Program-made: the position numbers and the translations under genes
The notes under the pieces: model-generated
Database searches by the model: none
What the model was told of the DNA's origin: nothing
The model's input: only the letters and a program-made list of their open reading frames with translations
Shown here: piece after piece, positions 13,290-24,023 of the stretch
Numbering within the stretch: the stretch's first letter is position 1
Layout of the letters: every line of letters starts with the position of its first letter
Assembly (NCBI GenBank): GCA_002269645.1
Contig: NIVC01001755.1
Location: 29,944 to 93,943, forward strand
Source of the DNA: Macrostomum lignano
Taxonomy: Eukaryota
Length of the DNA stretch: 64,000 nt
Reading direction: 5' to 3'

Positions 13290-13672
13290 CAGGCGCATCG
13301 CCATGGATTTTATGGTGGCGGGACAAAGCCAACAATTATTTTTAACATGTATAACATGTAACTTAACTTAACATGTATCTTTAACATGTAACTACCATGT
13401 ACATGTACGCTCGTACATAGCTAAAATTCCTGCATGTACATTATTTTCAGAATCGGTGCTGTTAGCGCTCATTTTAGCGCCGCCGCACGCACTCATTTTG
13501 GCGCCCCAGGCACTTATTTTAGCACCAAAGGCGCTATGTTTTGTCGCCCTGCAGCAAAATTATTAATTTCCATAACGGGTCATAAGGTATGGGGTGGGGG
13601 GAGGGGGACAAAGCATTGGCATGCCCCCCAGATCTTTTACAAGTGGGGACATGTTCGTTGGCGACGCCCCTG
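13290..13672. mobile_element. hAT-type MITE (383 bp) with 14-bp TIR and perfect 8-bp TSD
   Basis: Left CAGGCGCATCGCCA vs reverse complement of right end CAGGGGCGTCGCCA (12/14). TCTGAGCT at 13282-13289 and 13673-13680; an 8-bp TSD is characteristic of hAT. Confidence 0.88.
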
Positions 13673-13872
13673 TCTGAGCTAGTGCAATAATCCTTGCATG
13701 GCTTATCAAGTGCAATAATCCTTGCATGGCTTATCAAGTGCAATAATCCTTGCATGGCTTATCAAGTGCAATAACCCTTGGCTTATCAAGTGCAATAACC
13801 CTTGGCTTATCAAGTGCAATAATCCTCCGTTTATCAAGTGCAATAATCCTCGGCTTATCAAGTGCAATAATT
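13673..13872. repeat. 25-28-bp tandem repeat (AGTGCAATAATCCTTGCATGGCTTATCA); degenerate relatives at ~13020-13289
   Basis: Directly visible; interrupted by the hAT MITE. Confidence 0.85.
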
Positions 13873-14629
13873 CTGGTCTTTTTAATTAGTTCGAATTAAG
13901 ATTCGAACCCAGATCGCTGCATTAGCAGTCTAGTCTGTTCGCATCTAGGCTAGCTCTCATCGAATTTATAAATGAATGTGTAGCACTTTATAATTTAACT
14001 TAACACTCACACCAAGTCAGTTATGGGACATAATCAGTTTCGCAGCCAGTCAATATCAGTCTCAGTTAAAGTTAACAATATCGTTCCGCTATATAAATCA
14101 GGTCTTTAGGTATGCTTTCACGCTGCGTTTTCACTACTGTGACGCAATTCAATTCAGTGTAAAAAGTCAGCCAGTACACAGACTGAATAGATAAAAGCCT
14201 ATTGTGATGCAATCTATTTCAGAATCAGAATTTAACCAGTCATTTTTTCTCTAGCATTCTTACAATGCATGCAAGTCGAAAGAGCTGCTTGACTTCCGCA
14301 AAAAGCATGTTTTTTCTAATGTTTAATCCATTTTACATTTAGCAATTTAAGATTAGTATATTTAGATTTTGGCGAAAACGCGATCAAAATTGGTCAAGAA
14401 TTGCAATCTCTAGAGCGTTATGGACAAGCATACAAACCTTAGAGATTTAGTATATTTAGATTAGCCCCGGTGGTCACGGGAAAACTTCTGATCGAATGGT
14501 GCAAGTTTTAACAAAATCGGTTAAGCCGTTTATTCTGAAATCTATCTTACACATACAGAAAACTCCTTTTTAGCATATGGGAAGAATGCTCGGAATAGGA
14601 AATTCATTTAACGTGTGTATAGTGTATAG

Positions 14630-15105
14630 AGTTCGTTGAGACTACTGTTTACCACTTCAACGACTACCAGTTCCGAGATTATTTTAGATTGCCTCGAACT
14701 GCTGTCCAGTCGTTAGTTCTGCAACTAGCAACGTTCCTAACTCTGCATTCGCCAAAAGGAACGACCGCTATTTCAATGGTCTTGGTTTTTCTTCGCTATT
14801 TAGCAACCCAGGAGTCCTACGAATCTATTGGAACAGTTTTTGACTTATCTAAGAGCACGGTTTGTCTTATAATCCGAAGGGTTCTAAGTGCAATGTCCGA
14901 GAGTGGATTTTGCAGAGATCTGGTTCGATTTCCATCCTATGAAGAGTGCCACAAGCATGCTCAGTTATTCAGTCAGCGATCTAGAAGTTTCTTTACAGCA
15001 AGTATTATTGGTGCCATTGACGTAACGGAAGTCAAAATAAGATGTCCGTCTGACAATGGCGAGTCATATTACAACAGGAAGCAATTTCATTCCGTCAAGT
15101 TACAG
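14630..15105 (+). mobile_element. PIF/Harbinger (HARBI1-like, DDE_Tnp_4) transposase fragment/exon
   Basis: FRDYFRLPR, LRYLATQESYESIGTVFDLSKSTVC (HTH), GAID, YYNRKQFHSVKLQ. Bounded by AG at 14628-9 and GT at 15106; second half of the DDE domain not found. Confidence 0.85.
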
Positions 15106-15359
15106 GTAATTAGCACCAGTTCGACCTACATCATTGACTATTGCAAAAGGACGTGAAAGCAAATGATAGAACAAAGGTGAAGAATACAAAATATTCAATT
15201 ACGATTAAATGTGGTAATTGCGAGCGAAGTTAAAACGGTGCCTAGGCGTTCAGGTTGAGTTGGAAGAAGTATAGGCGACGTTTTTTAATCTTAGACCGGT
15301 TTTAGAAATTGAATTAATTCTTAATTGTAATTTAAATATCATTTACCTAGATTATTTTT

Positions 15360-15440
15360 ACATTTAGTCTGCTTAACATTTGTTTTACTAAGGACGTTAA
15401 AATGGCAGTTTAAGTCATTTTAAGTCACTCGAACGCACCC
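15360..15440 (-). mobile_element. Terminal inverted repeat end GGGTGCGTTCGAGT(G)..., Harbinger-like
   Basis: Reverse complement of 15360-15440 aligns over ~70 bp with 44175-44255; lies 330 bp downstream of the Harbinger fragment. Confidence 0.6.
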
Positions 15441-16951
15441 ATAGAATCAAGCGTTTCTAAGAATTTTTATTTCCGCGATTAGACTTTCTTAGATAAAAAC
15501 TGTGCTGATCTGAAAAAGAAAATGAATCACTAGGCAGGCATGAGAGTTATTCTATCTGATGATTAGGTTAGGCTAAGAATAGGGCTTGTTCATGTTTTTA
15601 AATAATAATATTTTGTTTATCCACAATTGAGGATACTATCTGGACATAAATTCTAACTTGATATGAAACCAACAATAGTCGCAACTCTTTAAGAGGCTAG
15701 GATAGGACTAAGTTTACTAAAAGAACCAAACTAGGAAACCAGCAAATGCCACACTAAAACAAAGAAAGACGCACCAAGGGTGCCAAGTGCCAAACTGATA
15801 AAATATCAAATTCTTATAATTTAATTAAACTTTTAAATGCTAAAAATTAGGCCTAACTAATTAAATTGGCAAATATCTAAGACTTGTTACTATTACTTAG
15901 GCAATCTTCTAAGTTACTGTGTTAAATTATTCACAAGATACCAATATTGATGGGCCACAGAGGGCAGAAACGAGCTATAACGCCGAGGAGTATCAGCTCG
16001 TTTCTGCCTAATGCAGCCTATCCATATTAGTGTTATATTTAGCAGGCCCACTGAGACTGTCTATGGTAAAATCCCATTTATTCCTATGTATTCAGTAGGC
16101 TTCACGGCCCACTGGAAATGTCTATAGCAAAGTCAAAAGAGAGCGGGGTCAAAGGGGCCCTTTTTGGGGTGTAGGGGCAGAGCCCCCATATTAGGCCTAG
16201 CACATGCATACAAGTTTTTTACTTATTGAAGTCAGCCTGTTTCAACATGCCTAGGCTAACTAAAATATGTATATACCATGCATTATACATTAGGTCTATA
16301 TGTTTATAAAATTATCTGTATACATTTTAGTTATAAATATAGTATAAGCCTTGGCTTTATATACAATATACAATGATATTGGGGTTACTTCTGCCTTCTA
16401 GAACAATCCCACTGATGCTACCAAAGTTGTGACAGTGCTGTTCCCCCTGTCTTTAAACTTAAAAAATAGTCTAATTGTAATACCAAGTTGTAATAATAGT
16501 TTTGCTTTTGTGTTTGTAAATAGGCCTATCCTTAAAGCTGCCACCAACTGTTCTAGATCTAATTCTCTACTTTCTTAGAATTGGTCTGTGAACTGTTCTT
16601 AGTATATATCTAAGTCTGATTATCTGAGTATCTGTGAATCTAAGTATTGCTTTGAATATATATATATATATATTTGCAGATTCCATTCTTACTAATGGCA
16701 TTTTCACTCTGTATTTTTAATAGCATTCTTACTTAGATCTGGTAGCATTATATGTAAAACTCTGGCCTGAGTGGTATATATTCTACTGGTATATGTATTG
16801 CATATCATCTTTTTAGTCCTAGGCATTCTCAAGATTAGAGAATCAGGAAAGGGATAGCAGCAATTTGTATAGGTATAAATAAAGCTTTTTATATTTAATC
16901 TGTGCTTGCAATATAGGAGTATGTAACTCTCAGTTAATTTTATTACTAATT

Positions 16952-17482
16952 CCCATTGAAAAAGTTATGCAACTGCATAGGCATAAAAGGTGAGCAAGGT
17001 GCACAAGAGGCACTTATATTTACTGGCCTATTTCGTGTGTGTTTTGGAAATGCATATGTATGCACTAATTTATGCTGTGACTAAATTCTTTTTTGAAAAA
17101 AATAGTTTAATTAGAAATATATATACCCACCTCTCAAATTCATCTTTCATATATTTTCTGTGCCCCTACTGCACCTCCCATGCACCTGCTTTGCCTCACT
17201 TGTGAGCCTACTGTTCATGTTTTATACATTTCCAGTGCCCCTTATGCACCTTTACTGCCTCTACCGCCTTAACCAATCAAATAGAGAATTCCCCTAATGC
17301 CTGACAACTTCACCAATTGTACACCTTTCATGCCTCTTTTCAAAAATATTGGTGAAATTTAGGCATAAAAGGTGCACTCAGGTACATTTCCACAACATGC
17401 ATAAAATAGGCCACTAATGTGCCTCTTTTGTGCATCTCGCTCACCTTTTATGCCTATATAGGTGCATAACTTTTCTAATGGG
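16952..17482. mobile_element. MITE with ~120-bp imperfect TIRs, CCC...GGG termini, 2-bp TT flanks (CACTA/EnSpm-like)
   Basis: CCCATTGAAAAAGTTATGCAACTGCATAGGCATAAAAGGTGAGC at left matches the reverse complement of the right end CCCATTAGAAAAGTTATGCACCTATATAGGCATAAAAGGTGAGC; superfamily call is inference. Confidence 0.75.
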
Positions 17483-18210
17483 TTCAGTGTATTCCCTAAA
17501 TTTAAGTGAAAGAGATGTAACTTTTATCTTGCCTTTTTTAATGATAATATTTTTGGTTATATAAGAAATCTAACAATTTAAATCTTTATTTGTCTACTTT
17601 CTTAATAGTACTTAGTAGGCCTATAAATTTAATTTCCATTGGCAATATCTAGTGGGCTCCTTTAGACAACTATAGGCAAAACTATGGCTTTTTATCACAA
17701 TATCTTCATAATTATAGAGGGTCAAATTCCTTTTAGTTAGCTATTTTCATAAATATGTATCTATAATATTATTGTTGCTATAATAGTCATTATCATTAGC
17801 AAGGCAATTTTTTCCAAAGGATCAACTCTCTTACTTATTAACACTACCATTTTAAAACAAATTTGTTTTTAATTTATATTGTTTTATAATAAACTTAAAA
17901 TTCAAAACTGACTATAAGAATCTAATAGGATTATTGGGTTTCATAACCTGCATTTAAATTTTACTTGTTACTACCAGCAATCAGTGCCCTACTTGTGAGG
18001 CATGCATTAACTCATGCCTTAACCCCAACTGTCCTGTGATCTAACTTTGGCTTTGCCTACCAACAACTTCCAAATGATCCTTACCATCTCAGCAATTCCC
18101 CCATAAGTCTAGATATCTCAGTGATAGTTTAATGTTTTATTGAATAAATATTTGCAAAAAATTATCTTCATTATATATCACCTTCAGTAGTAAAGTCTGT
18201 TAATAACTGC

Positions 18211-21200
18211 ATGGCAGCCAGACAGGCGGTCACCCCAGCTCTGGTCAGCAGTTCATGGCTGGCCAGCAGACTATCCAATGCCGCTAATAACAAAATTCGA
18301 ATACTTGATGCCGGCGGCTACCCGGCCCCAGTGGAAACCTCATTCGCCGCGGCGCCAAGAATTCCCGGTGCCAGACATTTCAGCGTGCCAGAATGCAGCG
18401 CCAGAGAAACTGGCTTCTCAAACACTTTGCCCAGCTCTGCTCAGTTTGCCGAGTACGTTGGCAAACGCCTATATCGGCAATGATAGCCATGTTATTGTCT
18501 ACGATAATTGCATGTTTGCGCCAAGGGTCTGGTGGATGTTTCGCATGTTTGGCCACGAGGCTGTCAGCGTGTTAGATGGAGGCCTGGCTGCCTGGGTTGC
18601 CGAGGGTCGGCGAGTGACCAGCGGCCCATTAAAAACCGTTTATCAGTCGGTTGAATTTCAAGCTAGCGAAGATAAGAAAAGTGCTCTGTATCGGTCTTTT
18701 GAAGAGTTTTGCAAGGCGTTGCAGTCTGCGTCTGTGCAGGTGAGGAAAATAAGGTGCATGGCGTAAATTGGGTACGGGAGATGTACACGGTGCTGATAGA
18801 TATGCTACAGTCGAACTGTGTGACTCAAAAGATTAGATTTGGTATTAGATTAGCTAGATATATGCAGGCTAGATAGGAGATAAAATGGTTAGATGGTAGA
18901 TAGACACGGGATAGAGATGATAGATAGACTAGAGATGGTTGATAGGCACGGGATAGAGAGTAGTAGATAGACACACGATAAAAGGAGTAGATAGACACGG
19001 GATAGAGATGGTAGATAGACACGGGATAGGGATGGTAGATAGAGTAGAGATGGTAGACAGACACACGATAGAAGGGGTAGATAGACACGGGATAGAGATG
19101 GCAGATAGACACACGATAGAAGGGGTAGATAGACACGGGATAGAGATGGTAGATAGACACACGATAGAAGGAGTAGATATACACGGGATAGAGATGGTAG
19201 ATAGACACGGGATAGGGATGGTAGATAGAGTAGAGATGGTAGATGGACACACGATAGAAGGGGTAGATAGACACGGAATAGAGATGGTAGATAGACACAC
19301 GATAGAAGGGGTAGATAGACACGGGATAGAGATGGTAGATAGACACGGGATAGAGATGGTAGATAGACACACGATAGAAGGAGTAGATATACACGGGATA
19401 GAGATGGTAGATAGACACGGGATAGGGATGGTAGATAGACACACGATAGAAGGGGTAGATAGACACGGAATAGAGATGGTAGATAGACACACGATAGAAG
19501 GGGTAGATAGACACGGGATAGAGATGGTAGATAGACACGGGATAGAGATGGTAGATAGACACACGATAGAAGGGGTAGATAGACACGGGATGGAGATGGT
19601 AGATAGACACGGGATAGGGATGGTAGATAGACACACGATAGAAGGGGTAGATAGACACGGAATAGAGATGGTAGATAGACACACGATAGAAGGGGTAGAT
19701 AGACACGGGATAGAGATGGTAGATAGACACGGGATAGAGATGGTAGATAGACACACGATAGAAGGAGTAGATATACACGGGATAGAGATGGTAGATAGAC
19801 ACGGGATAGAGATGGTAGATAGACACACGATAGAAGGAGTAGATATACACGGGATAGAGATGGTAGATAGACACGGGATAGGGATGGTAGATAGAGTAGA
19901 GATGGTAGATGGACACACGATAGAAGGGGTAGATAGACACGGGATAGAGATGGTAGATAGACACGGGATAGAGATGGTAGATAGACACACGATAGAAGGG
20001 GTAGATAGACACGGGATAGAGATGGTAGATAGACACACGATAGAAGGGGTAGATAGACACGGGATAGAGATGGTAGATAGACACACGATAGAAGGGGTAG
20101 ATAGACACGGGATAGAGATGGTAGATAGACACACGATAGAAGGGGTAGATAGACACGGGATAGAGATGGTAGATAGACACACGATAGAAGGAGTAGATAT
20201 ACACGGGATAGAGATGGTAGATAGACACGGGATAGGGATGGTAGATAGAGTAGAGATGGTAGATGGACACACGATAGAAGGGGTAGATAGACACGGGATA
20301 GAGATGGTAGATAGACACGGGATAGAGATGGTAGATAGACACACGATAGAAGGGGTAGATAGACACGGGATAGAGATGGTAGATAGACACGGGATAGAGA
20401 TGGTAGATAGACACACGATAGAAGGAGTAGATATACACGGGATAGAGATGGTAGATAGACACGGGATAGGGATGGTAGATAGAGTAGAGATGGTAGATGG
20501 ACACACGATAGAAGGGGTAGATAGACACGGGATAGAGATGGTAGATAGACACGGGATAGAGATGGTAGATAGACACGGGATAGAGATGGTAGATAGACAC
20601 GGGATAGAGATGGTAGATAGACACACGATAGAAGGGGTAGATAGACACGGGATAGAGATGGTAGATAGACACACGATAGAAGGGGTAGATAGACACGGGA
20701 TAGAGATGGTAGATAGACACACGATAGAAGGGGTAGATAGACACGGGATAGAGATGGTAGATAGACACACGATAGAAGGAGTAGATATACACGGGATAGA
20801 GATGGTAGATAGACACGGGATAGTGATGGTAGATAGACACACGATAGAAGGAGTAGATAGACACGGGATAGAGATGGTAGATAGACACACGATAGAAGGA
20901 GTAGATATACACGGGATAGAGATGGTAGATAGACACGGGATAGAGTTGGTAGATAAACACACGATAGAAGGAGTAGATATACACGGGATAGAGATGGTAG
21001 ATAGACACGGGATAGTGATGGTAGATAGACACACGATAGAAGGGGTAGATAGGCACGGGATAGAGATGGTAGATAGACACACGATAGAAGGGGTAGATAG
21101 ACACGAGCTACAGTGGGTAGGCCGGTCAGTAGATGTACAAGAGAAAAAATTGAAAAACCCAGAGCCAGCAAGGCCGGACACAGCAGCCTTATCTCCCACC

Positions 21201-21582
21201 CGTCGCCACCACTCCGCAGGTGGCGGACGCCCGCTCCCCAGCGAGATTCCGCGGAGAGGAGCCGGAGCCCCGAGCCGGCCTCCCCGCTGGCCACCCGCTA
21301 GGCGCAGCCAACCTGTTCTTCCGCAGCCTGTACGACTCCGAGAGCGGCCGGATGCTCACCGAGGATCAGCTTAGAAAGAAATTCTTAGCCAGCGGGTTAG
21401 ATCCCAGCCGGCCATTGGTGACCACCTGCGGCTCGGGTATCACGGCCTGTCACGTGGCTCTGGCTGCTCACGTGCTTGGCAACTCCGATGCGGCTGTCTA
21501 CGATGGCAGCTGGGAGGAGTTCGCTACCAGGGGACCATCGGATCTGAAAGCCGTGGGCTCCGGACCTGAGCGAGGCGCTTGA
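18211..21582 (+). CDS. MPST: 3-mercaptopyruvate/thiosulfate sulfurtransferase (tandem rhodanese), 2 exons: 18211-18739, 21220-21582; one frameshift at ~18472
   Basis: ALVSSSWL, RIPGARHF, HVIVYD, APRVWWMFRMFGHEAVSVLDGG, DARSPARF.G, active-site CGSGIT (MPST-type rather than TST CRKGVT), VYDGSWEE; phase-0 GT-AG intron. Confidence 0.92.
18880..21105. repeat. Intronic minisatellite, two 24-bp unit types plus an 18-bp variant (GATAGACACGGGATAGAGATGGTA / GATAGACACACGATAGAAGGGGTA)
   Basis: Fills ~2.2 of the 2.48-kb MPST intron; produces four spurious 750-800 aa ORFs. Confidence 0.97.
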
Positions 21583-22116
21583 TTTGACTTGATTTCAAAC
21601 TTTTGATTTTTTCACTTCCAATAATCGAATTCTAAACCATCATCACGAGCCCCGGCATACAATGTCACAACCAGCGCTGGGATCATTCTGCCTATCTCCT
21701 GACTCCCGAGCAATCCCAAGTGTCTTCGGGATGGCCATCATGGCCGAACGTGATTTCGTGTTTGCATTGAAAACATCCCGGATATCCCATTTTCTAATGT
21801 CATTATTTTGTTGCTGTGCAAGAAATTTCATGAAATGATTCGTTGATTAATACTGGTAGCTTTGTTGTGCTCTACTAATAAATCAATATATTCTACTAGC
21901 TTGGTTTAGAAAAGGTTTATTGACAGTTTTGTTTATTTATAATTGTAATAATTAATTAAGAGTAAACTAATTTTGGCATTATTTTTTACTTTTAATTCTA
22001 ATTTTCGTCTGACTTTATAAAATTATAAATTATTATTGTTCGCAAGTTTTCAGTTATAAAAATATCTAATTGTTTCAGATACTTCACCTGTCAACTTTTA
22101 AAGTCATAAATTAAAA

Positions 22117-22896
22117 ATGTCCTACCTGTTAATTAGCTGTCAAGTTCGTCTGGTAAGTTCTTAATAGTTTGCCATGATTGAAGTATTTTAATGCTGTTGA
22201 GAATTTGATACAGAGATTGATTCGTATATGAAAAATTTGCGTTCACTTTGTTAGGAAAGCGGACCCACTCTTGTTGGGGACGAGTGGAGCGACCCTGTGC
22301 TCATGCAGTTCTTGGAGGCCAAAAAGGAGAAGAAGGATGGCAATAACTTGTGAGCCGTTTTATTGTTTTGTCTTGGGCAGTGCAGGCATTAATCCTTAAT
22401 TAAAACCTAACTCCCAGATCCCCAGTTGCTGTGCCAGCCTCCCAGATCCCCAGTTGCTGGGCCAGCCTCCCAGATACCCAGTTGCTGGGCCAGCCTCCCA
22501 AATCCCCAGTTGCTGTGCCAGCCTCCCAGATCCCCAGTTGCTTGGCCAGCCTCCCAGATCCCCAGTTGCTGTGCCAGCCTCCCAGAGTGTCAGTTGCTGG
22601 GCCAGCCTCCCAGATCCTCATATCTACAGATCCCAGATCCTCAACTGCAGGTACTAATCCTCAGTTGCTGAGGAATTCTAAAAGCCTTAACCAAAGCCCC
22701 CATACACCACCGCAGCTACCAATGGACAACCCTGATGTGCCCCCGCCAAGTGCTGGACCGTCTGCACCTGCTGGGCTACCGGGTGTCGGCCATGACCGGA
22801 GTCGGCCAGACCTGCATCTGGACGCTGCACACCGAGAATGATGGACAAGCGTTGAAATCCATCATTGAAAGTCGAGTCGCATCTTCATCTACCTAA
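22117..22896 (+). CDS. GCHFR: GTP cyclohydrolase I feedback regulatory protein (GFRP), 3 exons: 22117-22152, 22255-22349, 22716-22896; ~103 aa
   Basis: Spliced product MSYLLISCQVRL|ESGPTLVGDEWSDPVLMQFLEAKKEKKDGNNF|YQWTTLMCPRQVLDRLHLLGYRVSAMTGVGQTCIWTLHTE... closely resembles human GFRP as I recall it (MPYLLISTQIRM EVGPTMVGDEQSDPELM...GNNF...MTGVGQTLVWCLH). Canonical GT-AG sites, phases 0 and 2; absent from the ORF track. Confidence 0.95.
22417..22625. repeat. 28-bp minisatellite (CCCAGTTGCTGGGCCAGCCTCCCAGATC) in GFRP intron 2
   Basis: Directly visible, ~7 copies. Confidence 0.93.
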
Positions 22897-23374
22897 TTGA
22901 TGCAGTATAACTGAATTGTTTGTTTGGCGAATTGCTTGAATTTAGACTGCTAACAAAATTCAAATTTATTTATTCATTTCTCTGGCTTTGGTGTGTTGTA
23001 GAATCCGCTAGTCATTTTTTATAGATCTTGTAAGAATCTCAGTATTGGACAATGAAGTAACTTCCTAGATTTTTCCATGATTTTTTTAAAATAATTTGGT
23101 GGCAGATTGGCTATATTTAGTCTTTTAAATTAGTTATTGATATTATACATTTTTACCTAGTTCTTTTGGTGCTTAAAGTTTTCATTACATTCTCTGTTAT
23201 TATTGATGCGTTTCCTTCCTCAGTGTAACTTCACATGTGTCTTTGATAAGAATATATATTAATAGATAATAGATATGCATCAGTGTCAGTTTTTTGGATT
23301 ACTCTATCAAATGATTAACCTATCAATAGTTTAGTTGATCAGTTTTACTGAAGGTCAGTCAGCTTCACTGATCC

Positions 23375-23885
23375 TTAGTTGTTGGGTCAGCTTCCCAAAT
23401 CCTCAGTTGCTGGGCCAGCCTCCCAGATCCTCAGTCGCTGGGCCAGCCTCCCAGAGTGTCAGTTGCTGGGCCAGCCTCCCAGATCCTCAGTTGCTGAGCC
23501 AGCCTCCCAGATCCTCAGTCGCTGGGCCAGCCTCCCAGATCCTCAGTTGCTGAGCCAGCCTCCCAGATCCTCAGTCGCTGGGCCAGCCTCCCAGATCCTC
23601 AGTTGCTGAGCCAGCCTCCCAGATCCTCAGTCGCTGGGCCAGCCTCCCAGATCCTCAGTTGCTGGGCCAGCCTCCCAGATCCTCAGTCGCTGGGCCAGCC
23701 TCCCAGATCCTCAGTTGCTGGGCCAGCCTCCCAGATCCCCAGCCGCTGGGCCAGCCTCCCAGATCCTCAGTTGCTGGGTCAGCCTCCCAGATCCCCAGTC
23801 GCTGGGCCAGCCTCCCAGATCCTCAGTTGCTGGGTCAGCCTCCCAGATATCCAGTCGCTGGGCCAGCCTCCAAGATCCTCAAGCT
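23375..23885. repeat. Second array of the same 28-bp minisatellite, between GFRP and RFT1
   Basis: ~18 copies, unit CCTCAGT(T/C)GCTGGGCCAGCCTCCCAGAT. Confidence 0.95.
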
Positions 23886-24023
23886 TGTCGGCCAAAAAAG
23901 CATTGTAATTGAAAGACAATGAACTCATAAATTTATTGCATGATGCAATTGAAAACAGTTCAATTGTCAAAAGCACGGCTTCTATTACTGTAACTAAATA
24001 CAGTTGCACCAAGCAAGCGCAAG

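Noticed and set aside
18825-21374. Four 750-800 aa ORFs
   Set aside because: Translations of the intronic 24-bp minisatellite; the flanking exons splice cleanly into MPST
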